Below, one piece after another: positions 24,360-36,549 of a stretch of DNA of 64,000 bases (within the stretch, counting starts at the first letter, position 1; every line of letters starts with the position of its first letter). A program made the translations under genes and the position numbers. This DNA comes from Squalus acanthias (taxonomy: Eukaryota), in contig CM059440.1 in assembly GCA_030390025.1 (NCBI GenBank), positions 53,878,001-53,942,000 on the forward strand, written 5' to 3'. The notes below the pieces were generated by a model that saw only the letters and a list, made by a program, of their open reading frames with translations, searched no databases and was not told the DNA's origin.

Positions 24360-24918
24360 TAGGTGGGTGTCTGACATTCACGCCAGGGTCAGCGAGGCGG
24401 GCCATCGGTCTGCGGGGGTCGGAGGGGCCGAGATGTCCGGTGTGCAGGTGAGTGATGGGTGCAAGTGTGGAGAGGTGAATGTGTGAGGTGAGTGTAAAAT
24501 GTTTTCATAAGTTTTACTTCAGGTCTCGGGAGTCCCTCAGCTCACCGGCACAGAAAGCAGAATGGCCGCTGAACTGTCAAAAGCTGCAGCCTTCTGCTTT
24601 CTGCTCGGGAAGGCTTTCAAATTGAGCCTTGAGTAAAGACTCAACTCAGAAGACAGATTGTCAGTGTTTGACAGCTTCATAGAGCTGTCAAACGCTGACA
24701 ATTCATCTGTCAAAAGCTCTTGACAGATGAAATGTCACTCGCTGACATCACCAGTAACCGGCTTTCCCTTAATCGGCCTGCTAAGCCCACTGGGTGGGCT
24801 TAACAAGGTCAATCAAGGGAAAATAGTGTGGGTTGGCCACAAGTCGATGGAGGCGGGACTGAAACCCGACAAGTGGGAGTCCCGCCTCCAAAAGCTCCCC
24901 ATTGGCAAAATCCAGCCC
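24360..24918 (-). mobile_element. PIF/Harbinger-like MITE family B, partial
   Basis: Reverse-complement similarity to 20590-21180; ends AAAATCCAGCCC. Confidence 0.85.
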
Positions 24919-24944
24919 TTCAGTTTAAGCTCCCATGATGCTAT

Positions 24945-25171
24945 TTCTTAGAAGGGCTGGGGAGTTATCCCTGGGGGTCCTGGCCAATATTCATCACTAA
25001 AACAGATTCTCTCTTTGCTGTTTGAGGGACCTTGTTGTGTGTTAATTGGCCGCCGTGTTTCCCCAAGTTGCAACAGTGACAAGACTTTAAAAGTACTTCA
25101 TTGGCTGCAAAGCGCTTTGGGACGTCCTGAGGTGGTGAAAGGTGCGGTATAAATGCAAGATCTTTCTTTTT
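24945..25171 (+). mobile_element. DeuSINE 3' half
   Basis: ggggagttatccc...gtacttcattggctg...aaatgcaagatctttc. Confidence 0.8.
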
Positions 25172-25450
25172 AACTGAGAAGTGTGGGAACGCGTCATGGT
25201 GAGCAACACAGCTCATTCTAAAATGTGTGAGTGAGCCACCAGTGCCCTGATGAAGCACGGACACAGACCCACCCCATCAAATCGTGGCGCTGGAAGCGTG
25301 GAGCTCCAGAAGCAACTGCTTGTCTGCCGACAACCAATCATAATAAGCAACAACTGTGTCTGCATACCCGCCTCCAGCAGCTGCTTTAGAGTAGCAAAGG
25401 TTTCTCTCGGTTTAGAGTTTACTACAACAAAGGGAGGTTATAAGAACATA

Positions 25451-26160
25451 GGGTGTCCTTGTACACGAATCACTGAAAGTTAACATGCAGGTACAGCAAG
25501 CAGTTAGGAAAGCAAATGGTATGTTGGCCTTTATTACAAGAGGATTTGAATCTAAGAGTAAAGACGTCTTACTGCAATTATATAGGGCCCTGGTGAGACC
25601 ACACCTGGAGTAGTGTGTACAGTTTTGGTCTCCTTACCTAAGGAAGGATATACTTGCCATAGAGGGAGTGCAACGAAGGTTCACCAGACTGATTCCTGAG
25701 ATGGGGGGATTGTCCTATGAGGAGAGATTGAGTAGATTGGGCCTATATTCTCCAGAGTTTAGAAGAATGAGAGGTGATCTCACTGAAACATACAAAATTC
25801 TTACAGGGCTTGACAGGGTAGATGCAGGGAGGATGTTTCCCCTGGCTGGGGAGTCTAGAACCAGGGGTCACAGTCTCAGAATAAGGGGTCGGTCATTTAG
25901 GACGGAGATGAGGTGAAATTTCTTCACTCAGAGGGTGGTGAATCTTTGGAATTCTCTACCCCAGAGGGCTGTGGAGGCTCAGTCGTTGAATATATTCAAG
26001 ACAGAGATCGCTAGATTTTTGAATATTAAGGGAATCAAGGGATATGGGGATAGTTCAGGAAAGTGGCGATGAGGTAGAAGATCAGCCATGATCTTATTGA
26101 ATGGCGGAGCAGGCTCGAAGGGCCGAATGGCCTACTCCTGCTCCTATTTCTTATGTCCTT
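25451..26160 (+). mobile_element. CR1 LINE 3' fragment inserted in the tail of an oppositely oriented CR1
   Basis: QRRFTRLIPEM...RRMRGDL; flanked by ata/ata within taagaacata|agaatt. Confidence 0.9.
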
Positions 26161-26382
26161 ATAAGAATTAGGAGCAGGAGTAGGCCATACGGCCCCTCGA
26201 GCCTGCTCCGCCATTCAATAAGATCATGGCTGATCTTCGACCTCAACTCTACTTTCCCGCCCGATCTCCATATCCCTCGATTCCCCGAGAGTCCAAAAAT
26301 CTATCGATCTCAGCCTTGAAATTGCTCAACGATTCAGCATCCACAGCTCTGTGGGGTAGAGAATTCCAAAGATTCACAACCC
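26161..26382 (-). mobile_element. CR1 LINE extreme 3' end
   Basis: VVNLWNSLP..FKAEIDRFL; rest of its tail at 25441-25450. Confidence 0.88.
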
Positions 26383-27030
26383 AAGGTTGGATGTGCATGT
26401 TAATTCTGTTGAATTTTGTGTACAGAACACTAAAGTGTTTTATACTCAGCAACTTTACCAGGATCTTCATTTGGTCCTGTTCCACCTCAGACATTCACCT
26501 CAACCAGTTTGCAGACCCTGGTTACAAAACTATTCTCCCACGTTGTTGGCTCCCAAGGCAGGCAAGTTTCTCAAGCTGCCAAGAGCATATACTTTGGACT
26601 GAAGTGTGAATTTTACCTAAACTGACACATACTTACATCCTAATCAGGTAACAAGTTGGCGGTATGAAGAAGCCCCTTGATCAGAAAATGACATGGGTTA
26701 TATCCTTGTAGCATCTTTAAGTAAGATTAGTTCAATTCTATTTAAAAGTGAATTTGAAGGCCATATTATGTCTTGGACTCCGGTTTATTGCCAGCTGAAC
26801 TGAGACTTGAGATCTTTAGCAGCTGTCAGTGAGAAAACTCCTTTATCCAATTTGTCTTCGCTTAAGTTGAAATCAAGTCCCAGAGGTTAAAGGACAAATG
26901 TTCTAACACACTATTCTATTCTATTACAGCCAGGCATTTCATTCCTCTGCTAACCATCTTTCCAAAGTCAGTTGGCTCACTGTTTCTGGGATCAAAAGGT
27001 TGTGAATTAAGGTTGTGGCTCAGCTTCATT

Positions 27031-27448
27031 GGCCGGAATTTTAATCTGGGGGCAGGTCGGGAACGGGGGGCGGGGGGGGGGGCTAGAAAGAGGTCTGGAT
27101 GAGGCAGGGACACTGGATCCAGCAGGTAAGTGTAAAGGCACTTACCTTCTGGATCCAGCAGTCCTCGCCTTACTTTATCTGGCGGGTTCCCCGAGGCCTG
27201 GGAAACCCGACCAGCCAGAGTTAAATTTGAAATGGTGGATCGCCATGAGGCACGCAGCCTCATTATAATATTTAAAGTGCTAACCCGCCTCCTGGGAGCG
27301 GGTTGGCTGCCCCCCCCCGCCCCGTCTCCGTTAAAACCGGAAGTGGGTGGGATGGAGGCGGGTGGGGGGGGTCGGGATTCCGTTTTTTAATTCTTTAACC
27401 TCCCACCCGACCCCAACCCACCCGCTTTTTGGGGTTGAAATTCCCCCT
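27031..27448. mobile_element. Harbinger-like GC-rich MITE
   Basis: GGCCGGAATTTTAA...TTGAAATTCCCCC imperfect TIRs; TSD unclear. Confidence 0.65.
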
Positions 27449-27855
27449 CGTTATCACAATCTAAGTCCCACTCTGTCTCAGTGTATATTGAAGAAATCTC
27501 CTCAGTTTATATAAATTTTTCACGAATATAAATCAATTCTGGTCCCTACAGAGCAGCCTCTGAAGCAAATAGAGTTTTGGCTCATTTAGCCACAGCTACA
27601 GTGAAACACATAAATAGCTGCTTAAACCGTTGCAGAAAATGCAACGCCATTTAGAGTGTGTATCCTGTACTTTGATGCTGCAAATTGCCTCAGGTACGTG
27701 AGAATGCAGGCACTCGTGAGAATCCTGTAGGATCTGCCTTGAAAATATTTGAGACAAGCACGCACACTATAGAATTTGGACTGAATTACTTTAATTGCAC
27801 TACATGGTGAGCTAAAATGCAATCTGAACTAAATACATGCAAATTGTGGACTATT

Positions 27856-28148
27856 AAAAGAAAGAAAGACTTGCATTTGCACGGCGCCTTTCGCGACCAC
27901 CGGACGTCCCAAAGCGCCTTACAGCCAATGAAGTGCTTTTTGAAGTGGAGTCACTGTTGTAATGTGGGAAACGCGGCAGCCAATCTGCGCACAGCAAGCT
28001 CCCACAAACAGCAACGTGATAATGGCCAGATAATCTGTTTTAGTGATGTTAATTGAGGGATAAATATTGGCCCCAGGACACCGGGGATAACTCCCCTGCC
28101 CTTCTTTGACATTGTGCCGTGGGATCTTTTATGTCCACCTGAGAGAGG
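27856..28148 (-). mobile_element. DeuSINE 3' two-thirds
   Basis: aagaaagacttgcattt...gggatcttttatgtccacctgagag. Confidence 0.88.
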
Positions 28149-28852
28149 AGAGTAGAAAAACATAATACATTCTGGCGTCTTTGTAAGCACTATTTCTTGA
28201 TTTCCCTCATGTTCTACCCTGCTCTTTTCTAAAGCTCTGCAGCCGTCCCGCACGGTGGGCCTTTAATTCTTCATCTAAGTTTCTTGGTTACATTTTCAGT
28301 TCCTATATGGATTGGGCAGTGATTTAGTGAGATGCAAATCCCACAAATGTTCACATTATGCGGTGTTTATTGCTGCACAAGTACAGCAGACCCAGGATCA
28401 TTGGGAATGCTGTTTTCCACCTGGATTTGAGCAATAACAAATTGGTGGGGCTTAGCTCCAGCTAGCTCAGAATTAAGAACATCACAAACAGCTGTGCTGC
28501 AGGGCGCTAACCCAGTGCCCCCTATATCAACAGCTTTCTCCATGTTTTGGAGAAAATAGCTTCGATTTTTACAATCGGCATCATCTTAACAGTGTCGTTA
28601 ACCCGTTTAAAATGAATGGGTTAAATCCAGGCTAACGTTTCAAACTTAGGCACAAGAAATGCAGCAAAATTGCTAAATCCACATTGTTTTGACCTCCCAC
28701 TCTTCTCTGCCTGTTTGCACAATGGCTCCTTTGGGTTTCCGGAATGGGAGAGTTTAATGCTGATCTGATGTGCAAAAGGTGGCTTCTCTCTGAAGATCAG
28801 ATACCTCCCCTCTTCAAAAAAAAAAATTGGACCCCATCAGTGCTTTAAATGT

Positions 28853-29058
28853 TCAGCAGGTCAATCAGCATCTGTGGAGAGAGAAACAGAGTTAATTGTT
28901 GATGACTTTTCATCAGAACTGTTCTGACGAAGGGTCATCGACCTGAAAAGTTAACTCTGTTCCTCTCTCCACAGACGCTCCCTGACCTTCTGAGTATTTC
29001 CAACATTTTCTGTTTTTATTTCAGATTTCCAGCATCTGCAGTATTTCACTTTTGTATT
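28853..29058. mobile_element. Palindromic Penelope-derived non-autonomous element
   Basis: gcatctgtggagagagaaacagagttaa...ttaactctgttcctctctccacagacgc dyad; ends ttcagatttccagcatctgcagtattt. Confidence 0.8.
28921..28955 (+). ncRNA. Degenerate minimal type I hammerhead ribozyme motif
   Basis: GTT-CTGACGA-AGGGTC atc GACCT-GAAA-a-GTT-AAC: core and stems I/II present; stem III has A where GAAACGTT has C. Confidence 0.55.
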
Positions 29059-29401
29059 AATGGGTTAAATATTCGTATGTTTTAAAGTTGATAACTGAGT
29101 CTGGAGCAACAACTTTTGTGTAGGAAAGAAGAGTGTTTGGGCCCTTAAAGTTAGATAACATCAAAACCTGAAATCCATAATGTATTGTAGCGAATCTACT
29201 GTCCTGCCAGCCACCTTCAATATTGATGGCATCATCTGTGTAACAAGTGCTTTGCTGGGTATAGACGTACAAGTGCCATTATGCTGATGCAGTGCTTACA
29301 ATGCCATAGTAATCCATTGCTGGTGTTTATTACGGGTGACCCATAGACCCCGATTTTTAAGTGAAAAACTGGGGATAAAAAATTGTTTCCTTCTTTGAAT
29401 A

Positions 29402-30125
29402 TGTCAACCGTGGTTCAGTGGGTAGCACCCTTGCCTCTGAGTCAGAGGTTGTGGGTTCAAGCCCCACTCCAGAGACTTTTTTTTTCATTCCTGGGATGTG
29501 GGAGTCACTGGCAAGGTCAGCATTTATTGCCCATCCCTAATTGCCCTTGAGAAGGTGGTGGTGAGCCGCCTTCTTGAACCGCTGCAGTCCATGTGGTGAA
29601 GGTACTCCCACAGTGCTGTTAGGGAGGGAGTTCCAGGATTTTGACCCAGCGACGATGAAGGATCCCATGTGCCTGCTGCCCTTGTCCTTCTAGGTGGTAG
29701 AGGTCACGGGTTTGGGAGGTGCTGCCGAAGAAGCAAGTACTTGAGTACAAAAATCTAGGCTGGCACTCCAGTGCAGTACTGAGGGAGTGCTGCACTGTCA
29801 GAGGTGCTACCTTTCAATCGAGACATTAAACCGAGGCCCCGCCTGCCCTCTCAGGTGAACGTAAAAGATCCCATGGCACTATTTTGAAGAAGAGCAGGGG
29901 AGTTATCCCCGGTGTCCTGGGCCAATATTTATCCCTCAGCCAACATCGCTAAAACAGATTATCTGGTCATTATCACATTGCTGTTTGTGGGAGCTTGCTG
30001 TGCGTAAATTGGCTGCTGCATTTCCCACATTACAGCAGTGACTACACTTCAAAAAGTACTTCATTGGCTGTAAAGGGCTTTGGGACGTCCGGTGGTCGTA
30101 TAAATGCAAGTCTTTCTTTTTTTTA
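29402..30125 (+). mobile_element. DeuSINE interrupted by a LINE fragment
   Basis: Head 29402-29477; body resumes at about 29739. Confidence 0.88.
29478..29733 (-). mobile_element. A-tailed LINE family B 3' end
   Basis: Poly-T then the reverse complement of the family B 3' end. Confidence 0.85.
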
Positions 30126-30939
30126 ATCACTCAAAACACTAATGTCCAGGGTGCAAAACTATTTGGTAGAGAAGCAAACTGCTCTTAACTAATACGTTTG
30201 AGGCCCAAGTTTCTGCGTGTCATTTGCTTCTCTCAGGGAATTTCCATCTGCAAATGTTTTATTCCTCACCCGCATTCTGTTCCAAGACTTCAAAATCCCT
30301 AAGTTGAATTTAAGTCCAAGTATTTTTTTTCCAATGGATTTAGTCCCACAGGGGGATTCACTTTGAGGTACAATCTGTTTTTGCGCCCTGCCAGAAGGAA
30401 ATCGAGTCGAAGCATTTTCAACATGTCGGCCTTCCATAATGGGATCCGCAAATTCTCATCTCCCACTCAAAATACAGATGTGGGACTATTTACATTAAAA
30501 TATTTTCGTTATAAATTCTATGCACTGCTTAAACAAAATAAGCAGCAAATAAAGCTGTGTTTACGACAGAAATGCATCTACATGACAACCTCAGATGTGG
30601 GATTAGTGCGACAGAGGTCCCGCAAAGGAAGTTTGAGTAACTTCGGCTAATCTAGCACGATGCACGCAAGAGAATATAGTTGGAATATTAAGGCTTCTCA
30701 GTCATAAATAGTAAGTTTTCTTACCTGGTCACAATGAAGTAGTGGAGTCATTGAGCTGCATTTTTTTTTGGAGAATATTAAGTGACTACTGGCCTGTGGT
30801 ATTCAAATCCTGTGACATAATATTCAAGCATTCATTTCACAGACTGACACAATGAGCAAGGGCCATGTTTCTGCTGGGCAGCTGTGAGAAAGCAAACTAC
30901 CGTATAAGAGGTAATGTAAGCCCCCATTTTATTTTTCTT

Positions 30940-31160
30940 TCCTGGCCAATATTTATCCCTCAACCAACATCACTAAAAAACAGATTGTCTGGTCATTATC
31001 ACATTGCTGTTTGTGGGAGCTTGCTGTGCGCAAATTGGCTGCCGCGTCTCCCACATTGCAACAGTGACGACACTTCAAAAAGTACTTCATTGGCTGTAAA
31101 GAGCTTTGGGATGTCCGGTGGTCATGAAAGGTGCTATATAAATGCAAGTCTTTCTTTCAA
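30940..31160 (+). mobile_element. DeuSINE 3' half
   Basis: cctggccaatatttatccctcaac...aaatgcaagtctttc. Confidence 0.88.
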
Positions 31161-31169
31161 TTAAAAAAA

Positions 31170-32092
31170 AGTAAGGTCAGAAATGGGGATGTTCGCTGAT
31201 GACTGCACAGTGTTCAGCGCCATTCACAACTCCTCAGATAATGAAGCAATCCATGCCCGCATGCAGCAAGACCTCGACGACGTTCAGGCTTGGGCTGATA
31301 AGTGGCAGGTAACATTCGCGCCACAGAAGTGCCAGGCAATAACTATCTCCAACAAGCGAGAGTCTAACCACCTCCCCTTGACATTCAACGGTATTACCAT
31401 CGCCGAATCCCCCACTATCAACATCCTGGGGGTCACCATTGACCAGAAACTTAACTGGACCAGCCACATAAATACTGTGGCAACAAGAGCAGGTCAGAGG
31501 CTGGGTATTCTGCAGTGAGTGTCTCACCTCCTGACTCCCCAAAGCCTTTCCACCATCTACAAGGCACAAGTAGGGAGTGTGATGGAATACTCTCCACTTG
31601 CCTGGACGAGTGCAGCTCCAGCAACACTCAAGAAGCTCGATACCATCCAGGACAAAGCAGCCCACTTGACTGGCACCCCATCCACCACCTTAAACATTCA
31701 CTCCCTCCACCACCGGCGCACCGTGGCTGCAGTGTGTACCATCTACAAGATGCAATGCAGCAACTCGCCAAGGCTTCTTCGGCAGCACCTCCCAAACCTC
31801 TTCCACCTAGAAGGACAAGGGCAGCAGGCGCATGGGAACACCACCACCTCCAAGTTCCCCTCCAAGTCACACACCATCCTGACTTGGAAATATATCGCCG
31901 ATCCTTCATCATCGCTGGGTCAAAATCCTGGAACTCCCTCCCTAACAGCACTGTGGGAGTACCTTCACCACACGGACTGCAGCGGTTCAAGAAGGCGGCT
32001 CACCACCACCTTCTCAAGGGGCAATTAGGGATGGGCAATAAATGCTGGCCTTGCCAGCGACGCCCACATCCCATGAATGAATAAAAATAATA
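31170..32092 (+). mobile_element. A-tailed CR1/L2-group LINE family B, RT C-terminal part
   Basis: MFADDCTVF...WADKWQVTFAPQKC...LGVTIDQKLNW...YKAQV..MEY; AATAAA and A-rich tail. Confidence 0.92.
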
Positions 32093-32604
32093 AAGAATGT
32101 GTTTCTTTTCTGCCCTTGAGGATGTTGCCTTAATCACTCCCAGGTCAGATTCGCAATGAGCCATCAGAGGTCTGAAGTGCCCAGCACGCCGAGGCTCAGC
32201 TATAGCCTCAGACAAGTACGCCATTAAACTGTCTTTGTAGGTTTTCACTTCCCGTATGCAATAGGGGCGATTACACAAATTATGCTCCCAGCACAAAGCA
32301 TTTTTCAACAGGAGCCCATAGTATAAATTCGAACATACAGTTCAGTGGGCCCTGCAGGATTTTGCAGCATGTATTAATATAAATGGATTGGAAAATCCTC
32401 CGGGCCCTGCTGACCTTACGGTTGCCTGTCCTGGAGTTTCCTGTGATTAAAGATTAATGTCCTAGTCAATCAAGGAGAAAAATCAGAAGGCCATGTTCTT
32501 CCCTTGTTCTGCTCCGGCCAAACTCACAACGAGCAGCAGGGCCATAACACGCCCGGAAGGGGCAGGAATCTGAGGTGGAACCTATTTACATTGAGTTTCT
32601 ACCC

Positions 32605-33775
32605 TCAGCTGTGGCTCAGTGGGTAGCACCCTCGCCTCTGAGTCAGAGGGGGGAATTTTCCCAGCCCTGGGGAGGCGGGTATAGAGGCGGGACTGCCGGG
32701 AAAATGGGAGCGGGTACCGAACCTGCTCCCAAACCGCCTCCGTGCCATCTTCCCGGGAGGCGCGTCCTCGAGTTGTACAGGGACCCGTCTCCTCGAGGCG
32801 GGAAGGGGATTACAGCCAATTAACTGCCTGTTAACAGGTAGTTAACAGGCAGTTAAGAGCCTTATCCCCATTTTGCCCCTGCAAGTGCGGGCTTCCCGAC
32901 GGCTGCGAACCCGCCAGGGTCAGTGAGGCTAGCAGTGGGTCTGCGGGGGTGAGAGGGATCGAAAAGTGCGCTGTGGAGGTGAGTGATGGGTGCAAGTGTG
33001 GACAGGTAAGTATGAGAGGTGAGTGTAAAGTTTACTTACCTTTGCTTCTTTCTGCAGGCTTCAACCCTTGGGGATCCGAAGGCTCCTCATCTAAACGGCA
33101 GAGATGACAGAATGGCTGCTGCATTCTCTGATGCAACAGCCATCTGATTTCTGCTGAGGAAAGAGGTTTGGTGAGTCTTCAGTACAAGGACTCACCTTAG
33201 AACAGAGATTGTCAGTGTTTGACCGCTTCTCAAAGCTGTCAAACGCTGACAATACATCTGTCAAAAATTTGAGACAGATGAAACGTCATACGCTGACGTC
33301 CTCTGTCACCAGCTTTCCCTTGATTGACCTTGTTAAGCCCGCCCTGCGTGGGTTGGCCGGACGTCGTTGGGGGCGGGACTGAAACCCGACAACCAGCAGT
33401 CCCGCCTCCAACACGTCCCCATTGACAAAATCCAGCCCAGAAGGTTGTGGGTTCTCAGTCCCACCCCAGAGACATGAGCACAATCCAGGCTGACGCTCCA
33501 GTGCAGTGCTGAGGGACTGCTGCACTGTCGGAGGTGCCGTCTTTCGGATGAGACATTAACCCAAGTCCCCAGTGTCCTGGTCAACATTTATCCCTCAACC
33601 AACATCAGTAAAACAAATGATTTGGTTCATTATCTCCTTGCTGTTTATGGGACCTTGCTGTGCATAAATTGCCTGCCACCTTTCCCTACATTACAACAGT
33701 GACCACACTTCAAAAATAGTTGGCTGGGAAGTACTGAGGTCGTGAAAGGTAAACACAAGACCTTTCTTTTTTTTT
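32605..33775 (+). mobile_element. DeuSINE split in its tRNA head by a Harbinger MITE
   Basis: gagtc aga [MITE] aga aggttgtggg. Confidence 0.85.
32648..33438 (-). mobile_element. PIF/Harbinger-like MITE family B, complete
   Basis: AGA|GGGGGGAATTTT...AAAATCCAGCCC|AGA with 3-bp TSD; reverse-complement similarity to 20590-21433. Confidence 0.88.
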
Positions 33776-33823
33776 GTCCTTTTATTTGTCATTTGCCTTT
33801 AAATTACGGAAGGGGGTTGTGGG

Positions 33824-33988
33824 CAATGTCTCCCGAAACCGCACTGCCTCCTGCGCGGCCTGCCTATCCAATGCGTGGCCCATTCAAACTTTTGCGCATG
33901 CGCGGTTCCTACAACGTAAAAGCCGGTGAGCGACCTGCGCAGGACCTTGGAGATGACTGCGCGGCCGCACAGCTTAGCGGGAACATTG
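33824..33988. mobile_element. hAT-type MITE (TIR CAATGTTCCC)
   Basis: gttgtggg|CAATGTCTCCC...GGGAACATTG|gttctggg, 8-bp TSD 7/8 identical. Confidence 0.82.
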
Positions 33989-34479
33989 GTTCTGGGATGA
34001 TTATCCACCTGCCCTTTAACCGCGCCCCCAAGTCAAAGGGATGTGTCTGAAAGAGTTCCTAGGCTTCCTTGGGGGTTTCTACCCATTCTGCCCTCATAAG
34101 CCCTCAACGAATCTCATCCCAGTTGTGAACTGGGACACAAGCAGCTTCGCTGTTGAAAAAAGCTCCACAGGCTCCCTGGGGAGCAAACCGCCCACTTAAC
34201 CGTATTTTTTTTTCAGTCCTACATGAGCCTTCAGGTCACCCTGTGGCAGCGGCTGGGTGCCGCCAGGTGCCGCTCGGACTCCTGCCAGGCGATCAGGGCT
34301 GGTTCTGCTGAAGCGCCCTTGGAGATATGGTGCACCTGCCCAGTCATGCAAATAAACCCACCCTTCGAATATAGGATGGGGTTTGCTGCCTCACCCCCGG
34401 ACCAGGGGTTCTGCTCCGTCGCATTTACACTGGTGGAGTTGTCCCCATCCAATTTCGGAGCCATTGACATCTTGCAGGG

Positions 34480-34678
34480 GTCCAGTTCCACAGGCATTCA
34501 CTGACTTGCCGAAGTGTCCATTATTTGTGTGTGAGCCTAGACACAGTGCTAAGAGGCTGTTCTGTTCTGGGGGTTACGTGGCTGAGCTTTATGCTGTCAT
34601 CGTCCGACATTGAACCACACACACTTCTAGCTGGATGACGATCAGGATTAGGAACCTATATGAGAGTTTTTCCTTCCC

Positions 34679-34716
<38 letters not shown>

Positions 34717-34820
34717 CAAGGGCACTGCAGTCAGTTAAAACACCCGCACTCTCATCTGGCTGAGGTCAACCAACTCAGTACTGAGTGGCGTTCGGACTTT
34801 GTACTTTCCTTGTCTGTCTG
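34480..34820 (-). mobile_element. Old AmnSINE2-like SINE with (CT)n at 34684-34712
   Basis: gttccacaggca...tgtgtgagcctagac...gatcaggattaggaacc...ggctgaggtcaaccaactcagtac. Confidence 0.55.
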
Positions 34821-35028
34821 GGTCATCGTGGCAGTTTTAAAGTCTCTGCCACTATCTGCCAAAAAAAAGCCTCACCGTTGGCAACAGCAGCATTGAAATG
34901 CAAGAGGTATTTGTAAAAGGGAATCTCTGCTTACAAGTTAGAGAATCCTAATGCCACAGGGTCAGGACCTTTGACAGATCTGTTAATGGAAGAGTAGAGT
35001 ACAATAACCAAATTGAATGGTAGGGATT

Positions 35029-35420
35029 ATAGAATCATAGAAATTACAGCACAGAAGGAGGCCATGCAACCCATTATGCCTGGGCAGGTGCGAGACCCTC
35101 AGCGGGAGCTATCTGCTCTAATCCCATTTTCCTGCCTTTTCCCAGATTCTTTTATATTGTTCCTTTTTAAATACTTATCCAATTCCCTTTGAAACAATGT
35201 TATGGTCTGCCTCAGAAGGCACTTTGGGAAAAGTATACCGTGTTCTAATAACCATTTGTGTGAAAAACAATTCTTATAACTTTCCCCTTCATTCTTCTAG
35301 TGAAAATCCTGAGTTTATGTCTCTTTTTACCAAATCACCAACCAATGGAAACAATCTTTCGCGATGTACGTGCTCAAAACCTTTCATTGTTTTGCACACC
35401 TCTATTGGATTCCTGCTCCA
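35029..35420 (-). mobile_element. Old CR1 3' end
   Basis: atagaatcatagaa tail; IEVCKTMKGF..RERLFPLVG. Confidence 0.7.
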
Positions 35421-35469
35421 GTGAAAAATTTTTTTTAAGCCTATCTTCATTATCATTCCAGAAATAGCC

Positions 35470-36076
35470 GCGCCTCTAGCCAAGCTTTTCCATACAGCCA
35501 CAACACTGGCATCTACCTGATAAAGTGAAAAATTGCCCAGGTATGTCCTGTCCACAAAAAGCAGGACAAATCTAACCCGGCCAATTACTCAATCATCAGC
35601 AAAGTGATGGAAGGTGTTGTCGACAGTGCTATCAAGTGGCACTTACTCACCAATAACCCACTCATCGATGCTCAGCTTGTGTTCCGCCAGGACGACTCGG
35701 CTCCAGACCTCATTACAGCCTTGGTTCAAACATGGACAAAAGAGCTGAATTCCAGTGGTGAGGTGAGAGTTACTGCCCTTGACATCAAGGCAGCATTTGA
35801 CCGAGTGTGGCACCATCTTCAGCTGCTTCATCGATGACCTTCCCTCCATCATAAGGCCAGAAGTGGGGATGTTCGCTATCGATTGCACAGTGTTCAGTTC
35901 CATTCGCAACTCCTCAGATAATGAAGCAGTCCGTGCCCGCATGCAGCAAGACCTGGACAACATTCAGGCTTGGGTTGATAAGTGGTAAGTAACATTCGTG
36001 CCCCACAAGTGAAAGTCTAGCCACCTCCCCTTGACATTCAACGGCACTACCATCATTGAATCTCCCACCATCAGCA
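35470..36076 (+). mobile_element. LINE family B internal RT fragment with deletions
   Basis: SAPDLITALVQTWTKELN..ALDIKAAFDRVWH; FIDDLP..GMFA.DCTVF. Confidence 0.88.
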
Positions 36077-36152
36077 TCAGTATGAAGCACTCCTAGCTCA
36101 GGTATAGCACGGTTAGCTGAAGAATAAAGATCCTCTACTCTGATCCAACAAT

Positions 36153-36549
36153 AGGGGGTAGATTTTGGTTTGGGGCCCATCTCCTGGCTCGAGCTGCCAG
36201 GGTTGGCCGTGCCTCAACTGGCGGCTTGCTCGAGCGAAGACATCAATGTCAAACCGCCTGAGGCCCTCAGATAAATCCAGAAAGGGGGATTGGAGCAGGT
36301 TACAGGGTGGGAGCTCCTTCCAGCTCCACAGGACGAAGATTTAAAAATAAAAACAGTTTTACTTATCGTTGGCGGCTGCTGAAGAACCCTGAGCGTGACA
36401 GGACCTTCGAAGGCCTGCCCAGCTCATCATCCACAAATTCTAAAAAGGGGCCCTTTAACCGGCATTAGGCCCCTAATTTACATATTTAAGGCACCTTACG
36501 CCTGTTTTAGGCGTCTGCCCAGGACGCTTAAAATAATGCCCCACGAATT
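36153..36549. mobile_element. Harbinger-like MITE, partial
   Basis: Starts GGGGGTAGATTTT; GC-rich; cut off by the adjacent SINE. Confidence 0.5.
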
